From Chiloscyllium plagiosum (lineage: Eukaryota), in the NCBI RefSeq assembly GCF_004010195.1, contig NC_057729.1, positions 29,349,142 through 29,413,141 on the forward strand: DNA of 64,000 nt, given 5' to 3'. Below are positions 40,380-52,732 of the stretch, one piece after another. The notes under the pieces are model-generated. The model did no database searches, was not told where the DNA came from, and saw only the letters and a program-made list of their open reading frames with translations. The number at the start of each line of letters is the position of its first letter. Positions within the stretch are counted from its first letter, which is position 1. A program made the position numbers and the translations under genes.

Positions 40380-42562
40380 GACAAACATTTAGATAGCACC
40401 TGGAGGAACTGCAATAGTTGTCCCTTAAACACAAAAGATGGCCCAGCCATGGCTAACAAGGGACATTATGGTAGTACCGGATCCAAAGAAGTGGTGTACA
40501 AATTAGCTAAAAAATAAAGCAGCAGATCTGAAGACTGGAAGCACTTCAGATTTCAACAAAGGGATTGATTAAAAAGGGGAAAATGGGGTATGTGAAGACA
40601 AAAAAAGATTGGTGAAAACAATTACAGTTAGAAACAGGCAAAGTTCTCATGTGGAACAAAGAGATGGCAGACCAATTAACCACATATGTTGCTTCTATCA
40701 TCACAAAGGAGGGCACAAGTAACATCCCCAAAATGTTGGGGAACACATGGTCCATTGAGAGCAGGACTGAAGGAACTGAGTTGTTGTAGGAAAATGGTGT
40801 TAGAGAAATTGATGGGATTAAAAGGTTACAAATCCCCAGCACCTGGTAATCCACACCCCAGACTATAGCCCGAGATGCATAATGCAGTTGTCGAATTTGG
40901 GCTGATCTTAGGACTTCTACACTTAATGGTAAGGTCTTTGGGAGTATTGCTTAACAAAGAAACCTTGGAGTCCAGGTTCATAGCTCCTTGAAAGTACATT
41001 AGGAAGTGCGGCAGACATAGTGGATTCATGAGTTACAATATTCCAAAATTTTCTGGACATGAGAAAGATTCATTGAGTTTATTTAAGACTGAGATAGGTA
41101 GGTTGTTGATTGTCAAGGTGATCAAAAGTTATGGGGAGAAAGCGGGAGAATGGAGTTGAGAAAATTGTCAGCCATGATTGACCAGTTAGTTTAACACCTG
41201 TTGTTGGGAAGATGTTCGAGCCAATTATCAAGGAAGCAGTATCAGGATGTTTTGAAAGTCAAAACTCCATCCATCAGAGTCAGCATGGTTTAATGAAGGG
41301 CAAATCAGGTTTGACTACATTCTTCAAAGATATAACATGCAAAATGAATAATGGAGATCCTGTAGATGTAATATATCTGGCCTTCCAGAAGGCATTTGCT
41401 GAAGTGCCACTCAAAAGGTTAATTTGTGAAGTTGGATCATATGGGATTTGGGGTGATTTATCAGCTTCAATAGGTGACTAGCTGATGGGCAGAAGGCAGA
41501 CAGTCCAAATCGATGGCTTTTTTCTGGATGGCNNNNNNNNNNNNNNNNNNNNNNNNNNNNNNNNNNNNNNNNNNNNNNNNNNNNNNNNNNNNNNNNNNNN
41601 NNNNNNNNNNNNNNNNNNNNNNNNNNNNNNNNNNNNNNNNNNNNNNNNNNNNNNNNNNNNNNNNNNNNNNNNNNNNNNNNNNNNNNNNNNNNNNNNNNNN
41701 NNNNNNNNNNNNNNNNNNNNNNNNNNNNNNNNNNNNNNNNNNNNNNNNNNNNNNNNNNNNNNNNNNNNNNNNNNNNNNNNNNNNNNNNNNNNNNNNNNNN
41801 NNNNNNNNNNNNNNNNNNNNNNNNNNNNNNNNNNNNNNNNNNNNNNNNNNNNNNNNNNNNNNNNNNNNNNNNNNNNGTGGCCTATTATCTAAATGGGGAG
41901 AGACTTTGGGGTGCTCTGGTGCAGAGGGACATGGGTATCCTCATTAATGAGTCACAGAAAACTAGCATGCAGGTACAGTAGATAAGAAAGAAAGTGAATG
42001 CAACATTGGCTTTTATAGCTAAAGAAATAGAATATAAAAGGTAAGGAAATGTTGCTGCAACTATACATGGCATTGCTGAGGCCGCACCTGGAGGATTGTG
42101 CCCAGTTTAGACCCTTATTTCCCCTCATATGGTTATGGTAGGGGATTTAACTTTCCAAACATAGACTGGGACTGCCATAGGTTTAAGGATTTCGATGGAG
42201 AGGAATTTAAGTGTGTACAAGAAAATCTTCTGATTCAGCATGTGGATGTACCTACTAGAGATGGTGCAAAACTTGACCTACTCTTGGGAAATAAGGCAGC
42301 TGACGGAGGTGTCAGTGGGAGAGCACTTTGGGCCAGTGGCCATAATTCTATTAGTTTTAAAATAGTGATGGAAAAGGATAGACCAGTTCTAAATTGGAGG
42401 AAGCCTAATTTTGACAGTATTAGGCAAGAACTTTCAAAAACTGACTGGGGGCAGATGTTCGCAGATAAAGGGACGGCTGCAAAATGGGAAGCCTTCAGAA
42501 ATGAGATAATAAGGAGTCCAGAGACAGTATATTTCTGTTCAGGTGAAAGGAAAGTCTGATAG
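40380..42562 (+). mobile_element. Cluster of CR1 ORF2 fragments (EN and RT) spanning an assembly gap
   Basis: SQHGLMKGKSGLT...VDVIYLAFQKAF (RT); FNFPNIDW...PTRDGAKLDLLLGN (APE endonuclease). A short inverted CR1 piece lies at ~40870-40995. Confidence 0.88.
41533..41876. other. Assembly gap (N run)
   Basis: Run of N. Confidence 1.
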
Positions 42563-43062
42563 NNNNNNNNNNNNNNNNNNNNNNNNNNNNNNNNNNNNNN
42601 NNNNNNNNNNNNNNNNNNNNNNNNNNNNNNNNNNNNNNNNNNNNNNNNNNNNNNNNNNNNNNNNNNNNNNNNNNNNNNNNNNNNNNNNNNNNNNNNNNNN
42701 NNNNNNNNNNNNNNNNNNNNNNNNNNNNNNNNNNNNNNNNNNNNNNNNNNNNNNNNNNNNNNNNNNNNNNNNNNNNNNNNNNNNNNNNNNNNNNNNNNNN
42801 NNNNNNNNNNNNNNNNNNNNNNNNNNNNNNNNNNNNNNNNNNNNNNNNNNNNNNNNNNNNNNNNNNNNNNNNNNNNNNNNNNNNNNNNNNNNNNNNNNNN
42901 NNNNNNNNNNNNNNNNNNNNNNNNNNNNNNNNNNNNNNNNNNNNNNNNNNNNNNNNNNNNNNNNNNNNNNNNNNNNNNNNNNNNNNNNNNNNNNNNNNNN
43001 NNNNNNNNNNNNNNNNNNNNNNNNNNNNNNNNNNNNNNNNNNNNNNNNNNNNNNNNNNNNNN
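42563..43062. other. Assembly gap (N run)
   Basis: Run of N. Confidence 1.
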
Positions 43063-43604
43063 TTGTCACACACGGCTCTTTCTTAGGCAGTCCTTCAAGA
43101 TGAAGAGTGATTTACTTTTACTCCAGTTCCAAAGATTCTCAAATGGCCGGTAAGTGCAACATGCAATCTGCATACGCTGCCACATGCAGGTTGGGTGATG
43201 CTGGAAGGGTCAGACAGATGAGTTCTTTGGAGTTATGTGCATTCTTTCTGATATCCCGACTTCACCTCTAAATGTTTCCATCAACATCTCATATGTCTTC
43301 AGTGCCTTCCGAAATGAATCGCCTTTATTCTGACTGGTCATAAGCCAGAAGGGATGAATCAGTGGGAATTTTGACCTCCTCAGGCATGTTCTGAGAACAT
43401 TACTAAAAGTATTTCCGCTGTCAACCTGGGATTTTCCTACTGCATCAAGTATTCACCAGAAGTCTGGTTTCAGATGTACAAACCACATGTCCTACCCAGA
43501 GAGCTAGCTTGGTGCACTTGCATATGCACTTTCATTTATATGGCGAATTCTACGAGTGTTCCTTACCCACATAATGTATTTCACGTGATCTTTAAATCTT
43601 TCAT

Positions 43605-43928
43605 AGGAGAAACAGAATCTCTACGGTGTGGAAGCAGTCCATTCAGCACATTGAGTCTGCACTGATCCTCCAATGAGCATCCCATCCACTCCCACCCCTG
43701 TATTTCCCATGGCTCACCCCACCTAGCCTGCACAATATGGTCAATTTAGCATGGCCAATCCTCCTAACTTGCACGTTTTTGGACTCTGGGAGGAAACTGG
43801 AGCACCTGGCAGAAACCCACACAGACACGGGAAGAATGAGCAAACTCCACACAGTCACCCAAGGCTGGAATTGAACCCAGGTCTCTGGAGCTGTGAGGCA
43901 CCAGTGCTAACTACTGAGCCATTCCATG
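43605..43928 (-). mobile_element. HE1/V-SINE
   Basis: Reverse complement of the SINE head, central block and tail. Confidence 0.88.
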
Positions 43929-46900
43929 TCGGACCTTCCACCCAGAGAGTCCAGAAAAGAGAAAAACTATTCACAGTCACAATCTATAAAACAGTAATTT
44001 CTTTTAGATATGAAGACTTACAGTACATATTTAATGGGAAATCTTATAATGCTGTGGATAGTATCTCAGCTTCAGAATATGGCCAAAAACCTGCAATTCA
44101 TTCCATCACATGCCAATGGCACATGGCAAAAAAGGGGAGGCTTTTCTAATCAGATGTGATGAAAGGAGCCTCTATGACCACCATGCATAGCTCTACAACT
44201 TAAATGCATTTTACCACAACAAGCCAGCACTGTCTCCGCTACCTGTAATACACAATTGAAAGTTTATCTATCTTTTCGTTGCATTTGTAGCATTTAGAAC
44301 TTTTCATGCTTTTTGTGAGAAATCATATGGCTCTTGGGCTGCTGTATTAAAGACATTAAAACTAAATAAATGAAACATTATGCTGTTGCTGAATAGGCTA
44401 ATTTAAATGCTTCTCCCTCCCTCCAAATATATCCCTCACAACATCAAGCCAAACTTAAGAACTGTACTGAAACACACAAAGAAGGAAATTCTAATTGCAA
44501 TTTGTTTTGCAAATCTTGACTAATAAACAAAATGGTGGTCAAGTTAAATTCTTCCACTTGTTTTACCACTTGAAAGCCCAAATATGTAGCAACTGATACT
44601 GAAGTATTGCTTCTCATGCAATATTATTTGTCACTGAAACTGTGGCAAGTTGAGAGGTAACAGAATTCTAGTGAGAAAGTGCCATTTAGTTATAACACAA
44701 CAGCTAGTATTGGACATGAATTTCATCATGGAGACATAAATGTAAATCTTAAATAAAATGCCCTGCAATAAATATGATATTTTAATTATCCCACATCTCA
44801 ATGGTGACAATATTGATACTCAACTGTGTGCACTTTGGAATGTTGTGAAAGGTTCTTTTAAAATGCAAATGCTTTCTTCTGCACAACTGCAAATGACAGA
44901 TGTACATCTTAACTCTTCCGGCTTCTGCAGTTTGTCCTAAATGCATTGTCTTCTCTTGGGATAGGAACACAATATTTCAGAGTCAAGACATGGAGAATGT
45001 ATACGTGCTGCTGTGAAAGACATACTCGTTATTGATCGTGTTGAATTTCAATATGACAATGACTTCACAGCCCACATTGAAGTCTCTGGAAAGCAAACTG
45101 CAACAACACATGGAGCTATTAGTTTGGTATCTGCAGCCATTGTGATAGCAATTTGATCCTGCATGGCTATAAGCTGAGAATTCATAACCTCAGTCTGAGC
45201 ATCCACAACAACACTTGGATGTTAAGTGATGTCTGCTTATGTAGTAGAAGCTGAGACATTGGCCATCGGGTACCCAATCATGGTTGGGTTCATGCGTGCT
45301 CTCCATTTCACTATTGGAAATGATGGACTTCAAGCTCTGTGTGAAGCCCTAAGCCAAGCTGGAGCCAGAACCTCAGTGCACCATTACTGTGACAGCAACT
45401 TTTCTAGCAGGCCATCCATTGGACTAAACATTTCTGGGTCCGTGCCCATCAACCTACGATGGGCATCAACCTATATCGTGACTTCTCAGAATCCAATGCA
45501 GCAGAACTCATGGGCAACCTCACTTTTTCGGAAGCTGACACCTGTGACAACCTTTCTCCTGACAGGACTGCAGTCCATTCAGGCCTGGTGATTTACCTCA
45601 TGCAGATATTGCCTCTGTGATACCCCATAAAGTACATATGGTGTCAGAATCTTAGCTGGGGCGATCAGTATTAAACTGAGTGTTGACAACTCTTGCAGTA
45701 GTCTTTTATTCCTTTGGGCCTTTGTTATTCTGCATCACTGGCTAGACAAGTTCCAGTTGTTGGATATCTGAAACACTAATTGTACAAAGGCATAATTGTG
45801 GTGAGGAAAGAGGACAATAGCAAAAGGTGCACAATTTCATCAAATGCAGCTTGTAAATCACAACATATTGCAGAATGAGGGTGACATGAGATGTAAAAGA
45901 GTGAACTAAGCAGGAACAGACCATTATCCTTGATGGTTTTGGCTCTTCCTCTGAAATATTAGTATGTTTTTTTTCCCCTATAGATGCTATCAGAGCATTT
46001 GCATTAACTCTACTATTTCAGATTTAATATATCATTTTCCTTTGATTACAGGTTTAAATATAGTCAGAAAACTTGCAAATAACTTTGAGCTTGTGGCTTA
46101 AGCACTAGAGATAGAGGAGCTGAAACAATAGAAGAAAGGAGATAGCAGCAGAAAGGGAAAAGAATGACAATGTAAGCCCAAGAACTTATATTCACAACAA
46201 AGGAGCACACCAGTCTAAGAAACATGCAGCCTCTCACAAATAGCATTCAAAGTTATGGTTCCTAAATAAACAGTAAAAATTCATCACTGACAAGTGAGGA
46301 AGAAGTTTACCAAGGTGTAGAGCTCATAGCAAGAGCTTGTATATAGTTTTTTTTTTAACAGTGGGAGATTACCGTACTGTAGCTATCACAATGTCCTGGC
46401 TGATCAGGAGATTATCCTCTGCTCTATCACATAATTTTCAGGTTGACTATCAAACTGTTCTGCACAATAAAAATTACTCAAATATTTACAATTGAAATAA
46501 TTCTTGGTTAATTTAACAATGTACAATGGCTTCTGTCTCTTGATGGAGCTTCCAAGAGAAAAGTTCAAAAAACACGTCAAATAAAGGTATGTGTGTCCAA
46601 TGATGCCACCATGAAAGCGAAGGTACATGTGTATGCATGCGTGTGATGATGTCACCACATGATAGAAGTAGTGCATGCCCAGAGAACTCGTTTTTCATAT
46701 GTGCAAACTCAGCCTGTCAACAGAGGGTGCTATTTTATTATATCACTAAGATATATGGAAATACACAAGCACAGACTCGTGAATTTCAGTAGATGGATGC
46801 ATTCACAATATGTCTTTATTTGATCAGGTGATAGGAGTGTTGCTGATAAGGTATATGTTGCCCAACCCTAATTGTCTTTGAGTAGATGTTAATGAGCTGT

Positions 46901-46939
46901 CTCATTGAAACTTTGCCCATGCAGTCGGTTAATACACAT

Positions 46940-47058
46940 GATTTGGAGATGCCGGTGTTGGACTGGTTAAAAATCACACAACACCAGGTTATCGTCCAAC
47001 AGGTTTAATTGGAAGCACACTAACTTTCGGAGCGACGCTCCTTCATCAGGTGATAGTG
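46940..47058 (-). mobile_element. pLTR-like fragment of a further PLE family with an intact hammerhead core
   Basis: Reverse complement reads ...CAC-CTGATGA-A-GGAGC-GTC-GCTCC-GAAAG-TTA-GTG... at ~47018-47052, with a perfect 5-bp stem II. Confidence 0.7.
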
Positions 47059-47059
47059 G

Positions 47060-47440
47060 CAATTTGTTAGGGAGGGAGTGCTAGAATTTTGCCCCAGTGA
47101 CAGCGAGGGAATGGCAATATATTTTCAATATATGCAAGGATGATGTGAGGCTTGGAGGAATTTGCAGATGGATGGTGCTCTCGTGCATTGGCTGTCCCTT
47201 GTTCTTCTCAGTGATAGAAATTTCAGGCATAGAAGGTACTTTAAAAGGAGCTTTGGTGTGTTGCTGCAGTTCATCTTGTATACGCCACTCAATTTTGCCA
47301 TAACATATGTTGTGCCAGTCAAGCTAGCTGCTCTCTCTTGGATGATGTTGAGCTTCTTTCAAATTGTTGGAACTGCACTCTTCCAGACAAGTGGAGAGTA
47401 TGCCATCACATTCCTGACTTGGGTCTTACAGATGGGGCAA
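47060..47440 (-). mobile_element. CR1/L2-clade LINE 3' fragment
   Basis: Homologous to 55650-56130 and 63720-64000. Confidence 0.7.
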
Positions 47441-47490
47441 GGTTTTGAGATCAAGAGGTCCATACGTACTTTACCTTTACATTTCATTGT

Positions 47491-48065
47491 TTAGATCAGA
47501 GTGGTGCTGGAAAAGCATAGAAGGTCAGGCAGCATCCGAGGAACAGGAAAATCAATGTTTCAGGCAAAAGCCCTTCATCAGGAATAGAGGCAGGAAGCCT
47601 CCAGAGTGGAGAGATATATGGGGTGGGGGGGGTGGAGGTGGCTGGGGAGAAGGTAGCAAAGAGTACAATAAATGAATGGGGTTGGNNNNNNNNNNNNNNN
47701 NNNNNNNNNNNNNNNNNNNNNNNNNNNNNNNNNNNNNNNNNNNNNNNNNNNNNNNNNNNNNNNNNNNNNNNNNNNNNNNNNNNNNNNNNNNNNNNNNNNN
47801 NNNNNNNNNNNNNNNNNNNNNNNNNCTCTCTGACCTATCACCTTCATCCCCACCCCCATTCACCTACTGTACTCTTAGTTACCTCTCCCCAGCCACCCCC
47901 ACTTATCTCTCCACCCTGGAGGCTTCCTGCCTCTATTCCTGATGAAGGGCTTTTGCCTGAAACATCGATTTTCCTGCTCCTCGGATCCTGCCTGACCTGC
48001 TGTGCTTTTCCAGCACCACTCTGATCTAAACTCTGGTTTCCAGCATCTGCAGTCCTCACTTTTGC
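47491..48065 (+). mobile_element. Young fold-back PLE-derived element with a central gap (47686-47825)
   Basis: Near-perfect ~190-bp inverted arms. 17-bp TSD CCTTTACATTTCATTGT at 47474-47490 and 48066-48082. Hammerhead core CTGATGAAGGGCTTTTGCCTGAAACATC at 47939-47966, mirrored at ~47554-47581. Confidence 0.88.
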
Positions 48066-51000
48066 CCTTTACATTTCATTGTCAGGAATCCCTCTGAAAA
48101 TGTTTCAAGCAAACATTGGTTACATTTTTTCCTTTTTAATTACTTAATCGATTGCTGATTTTGCTAATTAATTCCACATTTCAAAACTGCAACTTGCTAT
48201 GAAACAAATAGAAACATTTCAGCATTTTACCATTTGTGACTTTAGTACAAACCCTCTGCTTCCAATGAGAGCTGACCAGAAGAGGTGCTAAAATTGCACC
48301 TGACCATATGCTCCCAATCCTTGACAGCATTGTAACACACATCATTTCAAAAGACAGATGGGCCATTACACAAGGGCCTTGCCCAAGACAGGTGAGAACG
48401 GCCAATGAAATTCCAAAATCCTGGTCTAATTTCAATCAGATTACAATAATGTTGCAAATATTAGGTTGGTGCATGATGCCAGCCTCACTAAGGAAACCTA
48501 GAATCCTGGAGTAGCATATTTAAGATTCTCAAATGCTTTGGGAAGGTAAATATTGATGCATTATTTTCATTAGTTGAGGAACCAGCAACTGGGGCATACA
48601 AGTTAGATAAAATTATAAATATAAACATTGCCTTAGGATGATCACCAGGTTAGGGAGATTGGGAGCATTATTTTCACATAAAATTAGAATATAAAATGCT
48701 TCATCACAATTTGCTATTGAGGCAAAAAAAGTAACTTAATAGGGATTTGGATAAGCATTTGTGAAGAGAAATTTGGAAGAATAGGATTGAAAAGTGAAGA
48801 AATAAGGTTAGGATATAGAACTTCAGTTGAAGAATTATTAATGCTATTATAACTTAAATCAATTAAAAAGTTTTAATCAGAATTAGGTACATTTTTTATT
48901 TGGTAAGGCTGTTAAAGCTTATATAATTAAGACATGGAAAATAGAACTAAGATACCGATCAACCAGGATCTACTTGATAAGGGGTCAGGTTCAGACGTTT
49001 GAATGTTGACCTCTTGCTTCTATGCTTCAATACAGTTGGAAGCACAGCAGATCAAATGAATAACACACATGCCAATATTCTAGCACTGGGTCTCAGAAGC
49101 AAAAGTTAGCAGATGGATTTGAGGCCACCTCCTACCAGCATTTGCAGGTAGTAAGGCAAGAGTAGAGCTCACCGTCCAATTTTAACTCCCTCTCTTTGCT
49201 GTCTAATCAATTTTAGGTGGGGTAATAAAAGAAAATTCATCTCTTAAACTCTTCTGTTGAGTTTTATTTGTGGTTATTTGTTGCACTTAAAATGATCAGA
49301 CCAAGGAGAACTTCATTGTAATATAAATTGGACATGATCCATTAGGATGAAGTTCACTATAATAAATGACCATTTGCTGACAGATATTTTTCTTACTTTG
49401 TGCTAGGAATGTAATCATGCCTCTGATAAACTAATTTAACTTTTCTATAACTAATGAAATCCTGTCAATAATCTGCACCAAGGTGAAAAAAGCACTGAAA
49501 CTGAACATGAGCTCCATAATCATTTTTAGATTCCATTTTATTTAACACATTCAGTGGTACAAATTTACAACTCATCTGCAAAAATTTCAACAGAATTATT
49601 TCAGAAATCTTATTATTGGTGAATTTAGTCATTTAGCAATGATTGTACAGATCTGAAAATTGTCAAGGCTATTGTCAACTATATTGCTGCTTTAGTATCA
49701 ATGAATGGTGACTTTTGGTTCATGGTAATACAAATCTGGTTTTGTACTCAGATGCCAGGTCCGAAACTGCCTCCTGGGAAGACAACTGCAAAACAGTGTA
49801 AAACCCTTGCCAAGAATCAATTTCATATTGCTTAGGCTTTATAGCCTAGAACTGAAAAATGTTCTGCTTAATCCATTAGATCTCTTCAGCCCTTTGTACG
49901 TAGTTTTGACTCATTTAAGATGACTTCTTTCATGGTGTCTTATCAGAAAAGTAGCCAATGGAGGATCAGGCCTCTCTTTGGCTCTAATTCCCTGACTCCA
50001 GTCAATATTCCATGGCATAAATGTGAGACCTATTGGTTGTGAACAACAGTCTTTTGTGTCTAATGTTATCTAATGTTGTGAAATGTTAAAAAACAAATTA
50101 ATTAATTGACAGTATTAAAACTACATTTGGTGCATAACACTTAAAATAATAATTTAAACAATGATTATGAATGTATATTCCCTACCTCATAACATTGACC
50201 ACACTTAAAACACACTTTATTGACAATAAAGTGATTAGGGACATCCTGAGGTTGTGAAAGTTACAATATAAATGTAAATCCTTTTTTTAAAGAAAAAGCT
50301 CTTGATTAGTATGACCTTCACCATACTTTATGGACATTTAAGTTAGCACTTAGATCTGTTGCAAACTTGTCTTTTTACCTTAATTCAGAAAACTGTAAAT
50401 TAAAAATAAAACACTGCAGATACTTAAAATCAGAAATAAAAACAGAAAACATTGAGCATATTTAGCCAGTCAGGCAGCACTTGTGGACTGTTATAATCTC
50501 TATACAAATCAGTAACATTCAGAAAGATATTCAAATATCCGGTGACTGAGTGGAAGAAATATATGACAAGATTTTAAGTCTTATGGCCTCTGCTATAAGA
50601 AATAAATTAAAAGCAATATTAACTAAACACTACTCAGTACCCAACTGATAATCTAATTCATGAAATGTTTCCCATTTAACTGTTAAAGCAGTTGAAAATT
50701 CTCACCAGATCCATTTATTCTGTCCCTTAAGTGGATACTTAATTCTCCAGAAGCAACCCAAAGCTATTCTCAAAACTCGAAGGCTGACTTCCTTTTGCAT
50801 TTCAAGCTGGTTAACTTCTAATCCCAGAACCGACCTCCACAGTGAAGCAGCAGTTAGAGAATCTTCTCTCTAGCTGAACTAGTGACTCTTACAAACTCAT
50901 TTAAATCCTCATGAAGCCAGTGCCTTCATTCTTTTCATGAACTCCCATATGCATTTTGGCGGTGACTGACAAGGCCAGCATTTTCACCGCTGATGGAGGA

Positions 51001-51389
51001 TGAGCTGCCTCTCTTTCTGTACTCCCTCATACAGACTCTTGCAGACTGTCCCACCTGTGAAATTCAGGGGATAACTTAAAGAAATTCCTATTACCCAATA
51101 CCACAATGTCCTCCGATGTACTCTAACTCTCTCAAAGACAATCCTCCATTGCAGCAAGAATCGCATGAATCTTGCAGCCATACAAATGCCAATTAGCTAC
51201 ATGACCTCTAACTTGAAACTAAATAAACTATTTAAAATAAAATCATTTCACAAAACTTGACATTCCCAATATCTTCCTGAATTTTAGCACTAACAGGCTA
51301 CCACCAAATAATGATTTGGAAACTTAACCCACAAATCAAATATGACATCAGATGTGAATTATTTCAGACTGTTTTCGGGGAAATGGATG

Positions 51390-51900
51390 GATTTGGTAGC
51401 TAGAAAATGGAATTTCGAGGAAGAAACTAAATTTTTGTACTCAACCTTCCCAATATTTAAATGGAGTAAATGTTTGCTCATCCAGTACTGTACGTCAGGT
51501 AAGCAGTCTGCTAACAGTGAAAGTGGAAGACTCAAGAGAGTGAGGGAGAACTGAATGCCGGAGAACATGTGAAAACTATGAAGCATCCCTACAGAGCTGC
51601 AAATGAATGGAAATTAGGAGAAAGCAAAGATAGAACCATGAGAGATACCAGAGGTTACGATGTACGAGTGGCTGAGAAACATTGCAAGAGATACTCTGGC
51701 TGCGATATGACAGATTAGAATGCAATTGATGAAAATATGCCATCCAACTGTATGACAGGGAGAGAGGTGTTGGTGAAGGACCGTGTGGTCAACTGTGTCA
51801 AATGCTACACACAGATCAAGAAGGATGGTGAGGAATAGTTTACCTTTGTCACAGTCAAATGGGCAATCATTTGTGACTTTGAAACCAACTATGTAGGTGT
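51390..51900 (-). mobile_element. Old L2 LINE RT remnant
   Basis: Reverse complement of ~51785-51828 encodes LLDLCVAFDTVDH (L2 consensus LLDLSAAFDTVDH). Also YWMSKHLLHLNIGK.E in ORF 51359..51586. Confidence 0.75.
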
Positions 51901-52119
51901 GATGAACTGGTCAGAAACTTGTTTGAAAAGATTCAATTCAATGTAAGGGATGTAAACATTAGAGTTCCATGCAAGATGAAGGTGGAATTGGAAGAGGCAG
52001 ATAAGTTGGATATAGGATGGTAGTTTGCAAATACATAAAGATCAATAGTTTTTTTCTAAGAACACTATTAATAACAGATTCAGAGAAGGAAAACACTTCG
52101 AAAGAAAATAATTAACTAT

Positions 52120-52732
52120 ATTAGTCATAGAGTCATAGCAATGTATAGCATGGAAACAGACCCTTCAGTCCAACTCAACCATGCTGACAGGATACTCTGA
52201 GTTAATCTAGTCCCATTTGCCAGATTTGGCCCATATCCATCCAAACCCTTCCTATTCAAATACCAATCCAGATGCCTTTTGAATGTTGTAATTGTAGCAG
52301 CCTTCATAACTTGTTCTGGCAGCTTATTCCATACATGCACCACATTGAAAAAATTGCCCCTTAGATCTCTTTCGAATCTTTCCCCTCTCACCTTAAACCT
52401 ATCCTCTCTAGTTTTGGATTCCTCTACCCTGGAGAAAAACCTTGAAATATTCACCCTATCCATGCCCCTCATGATTTCATAAACCCCTATATGACCACCC
52501 CTCATCCTCCAATGCTCCAGGGAAAATAGACCCAGCCTATTCAGCCTCTCCCTCTGGCTCAAACCATCCAACCAGGGAGACTAGAATTGAACGCAGCATT
52601 CCAAAAATGGCCTAATCAATTTCCTATATAGTCACAACACGACCTCCCAACTCATATGTTCAGTGCAGTGATCAATAAATGCCTTCTTCACTACACTGTC
52701 CGCCTGTGACTCCACTTTCAAAAAACTATGAA
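52120..52732 (-). mobile_element. CR1 LINE 3' end
   Basis: RERLNRLGLFSLE...RDLRGNFF...VWNKLP plus 3' UTR. Confidence 0.92.

Noticed and set aside
41485-43103. Long ORFs in the track around 41.5-43.1 kb (and likewise at 47.5-48.0 kb)
   Set aside because: Artefacts of N runs.
45226-45591. 121-aa ORF in non-obvious sequence, with a small hairpin at 45443-45465
   Set aside because: No recognisable domain or splice context. More likely a decayed TE or chance ORF, and an 8-bp hairpin is not significant.
15658-48082. Recurrent palindromes considered as a CRISPR-like array or microRNA genes
   Set aside because: Eukaryotic context, dispersed rather than regularly spaced, and each has a TSD and pLTR homology. 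There is no evidence for miRNA processing.
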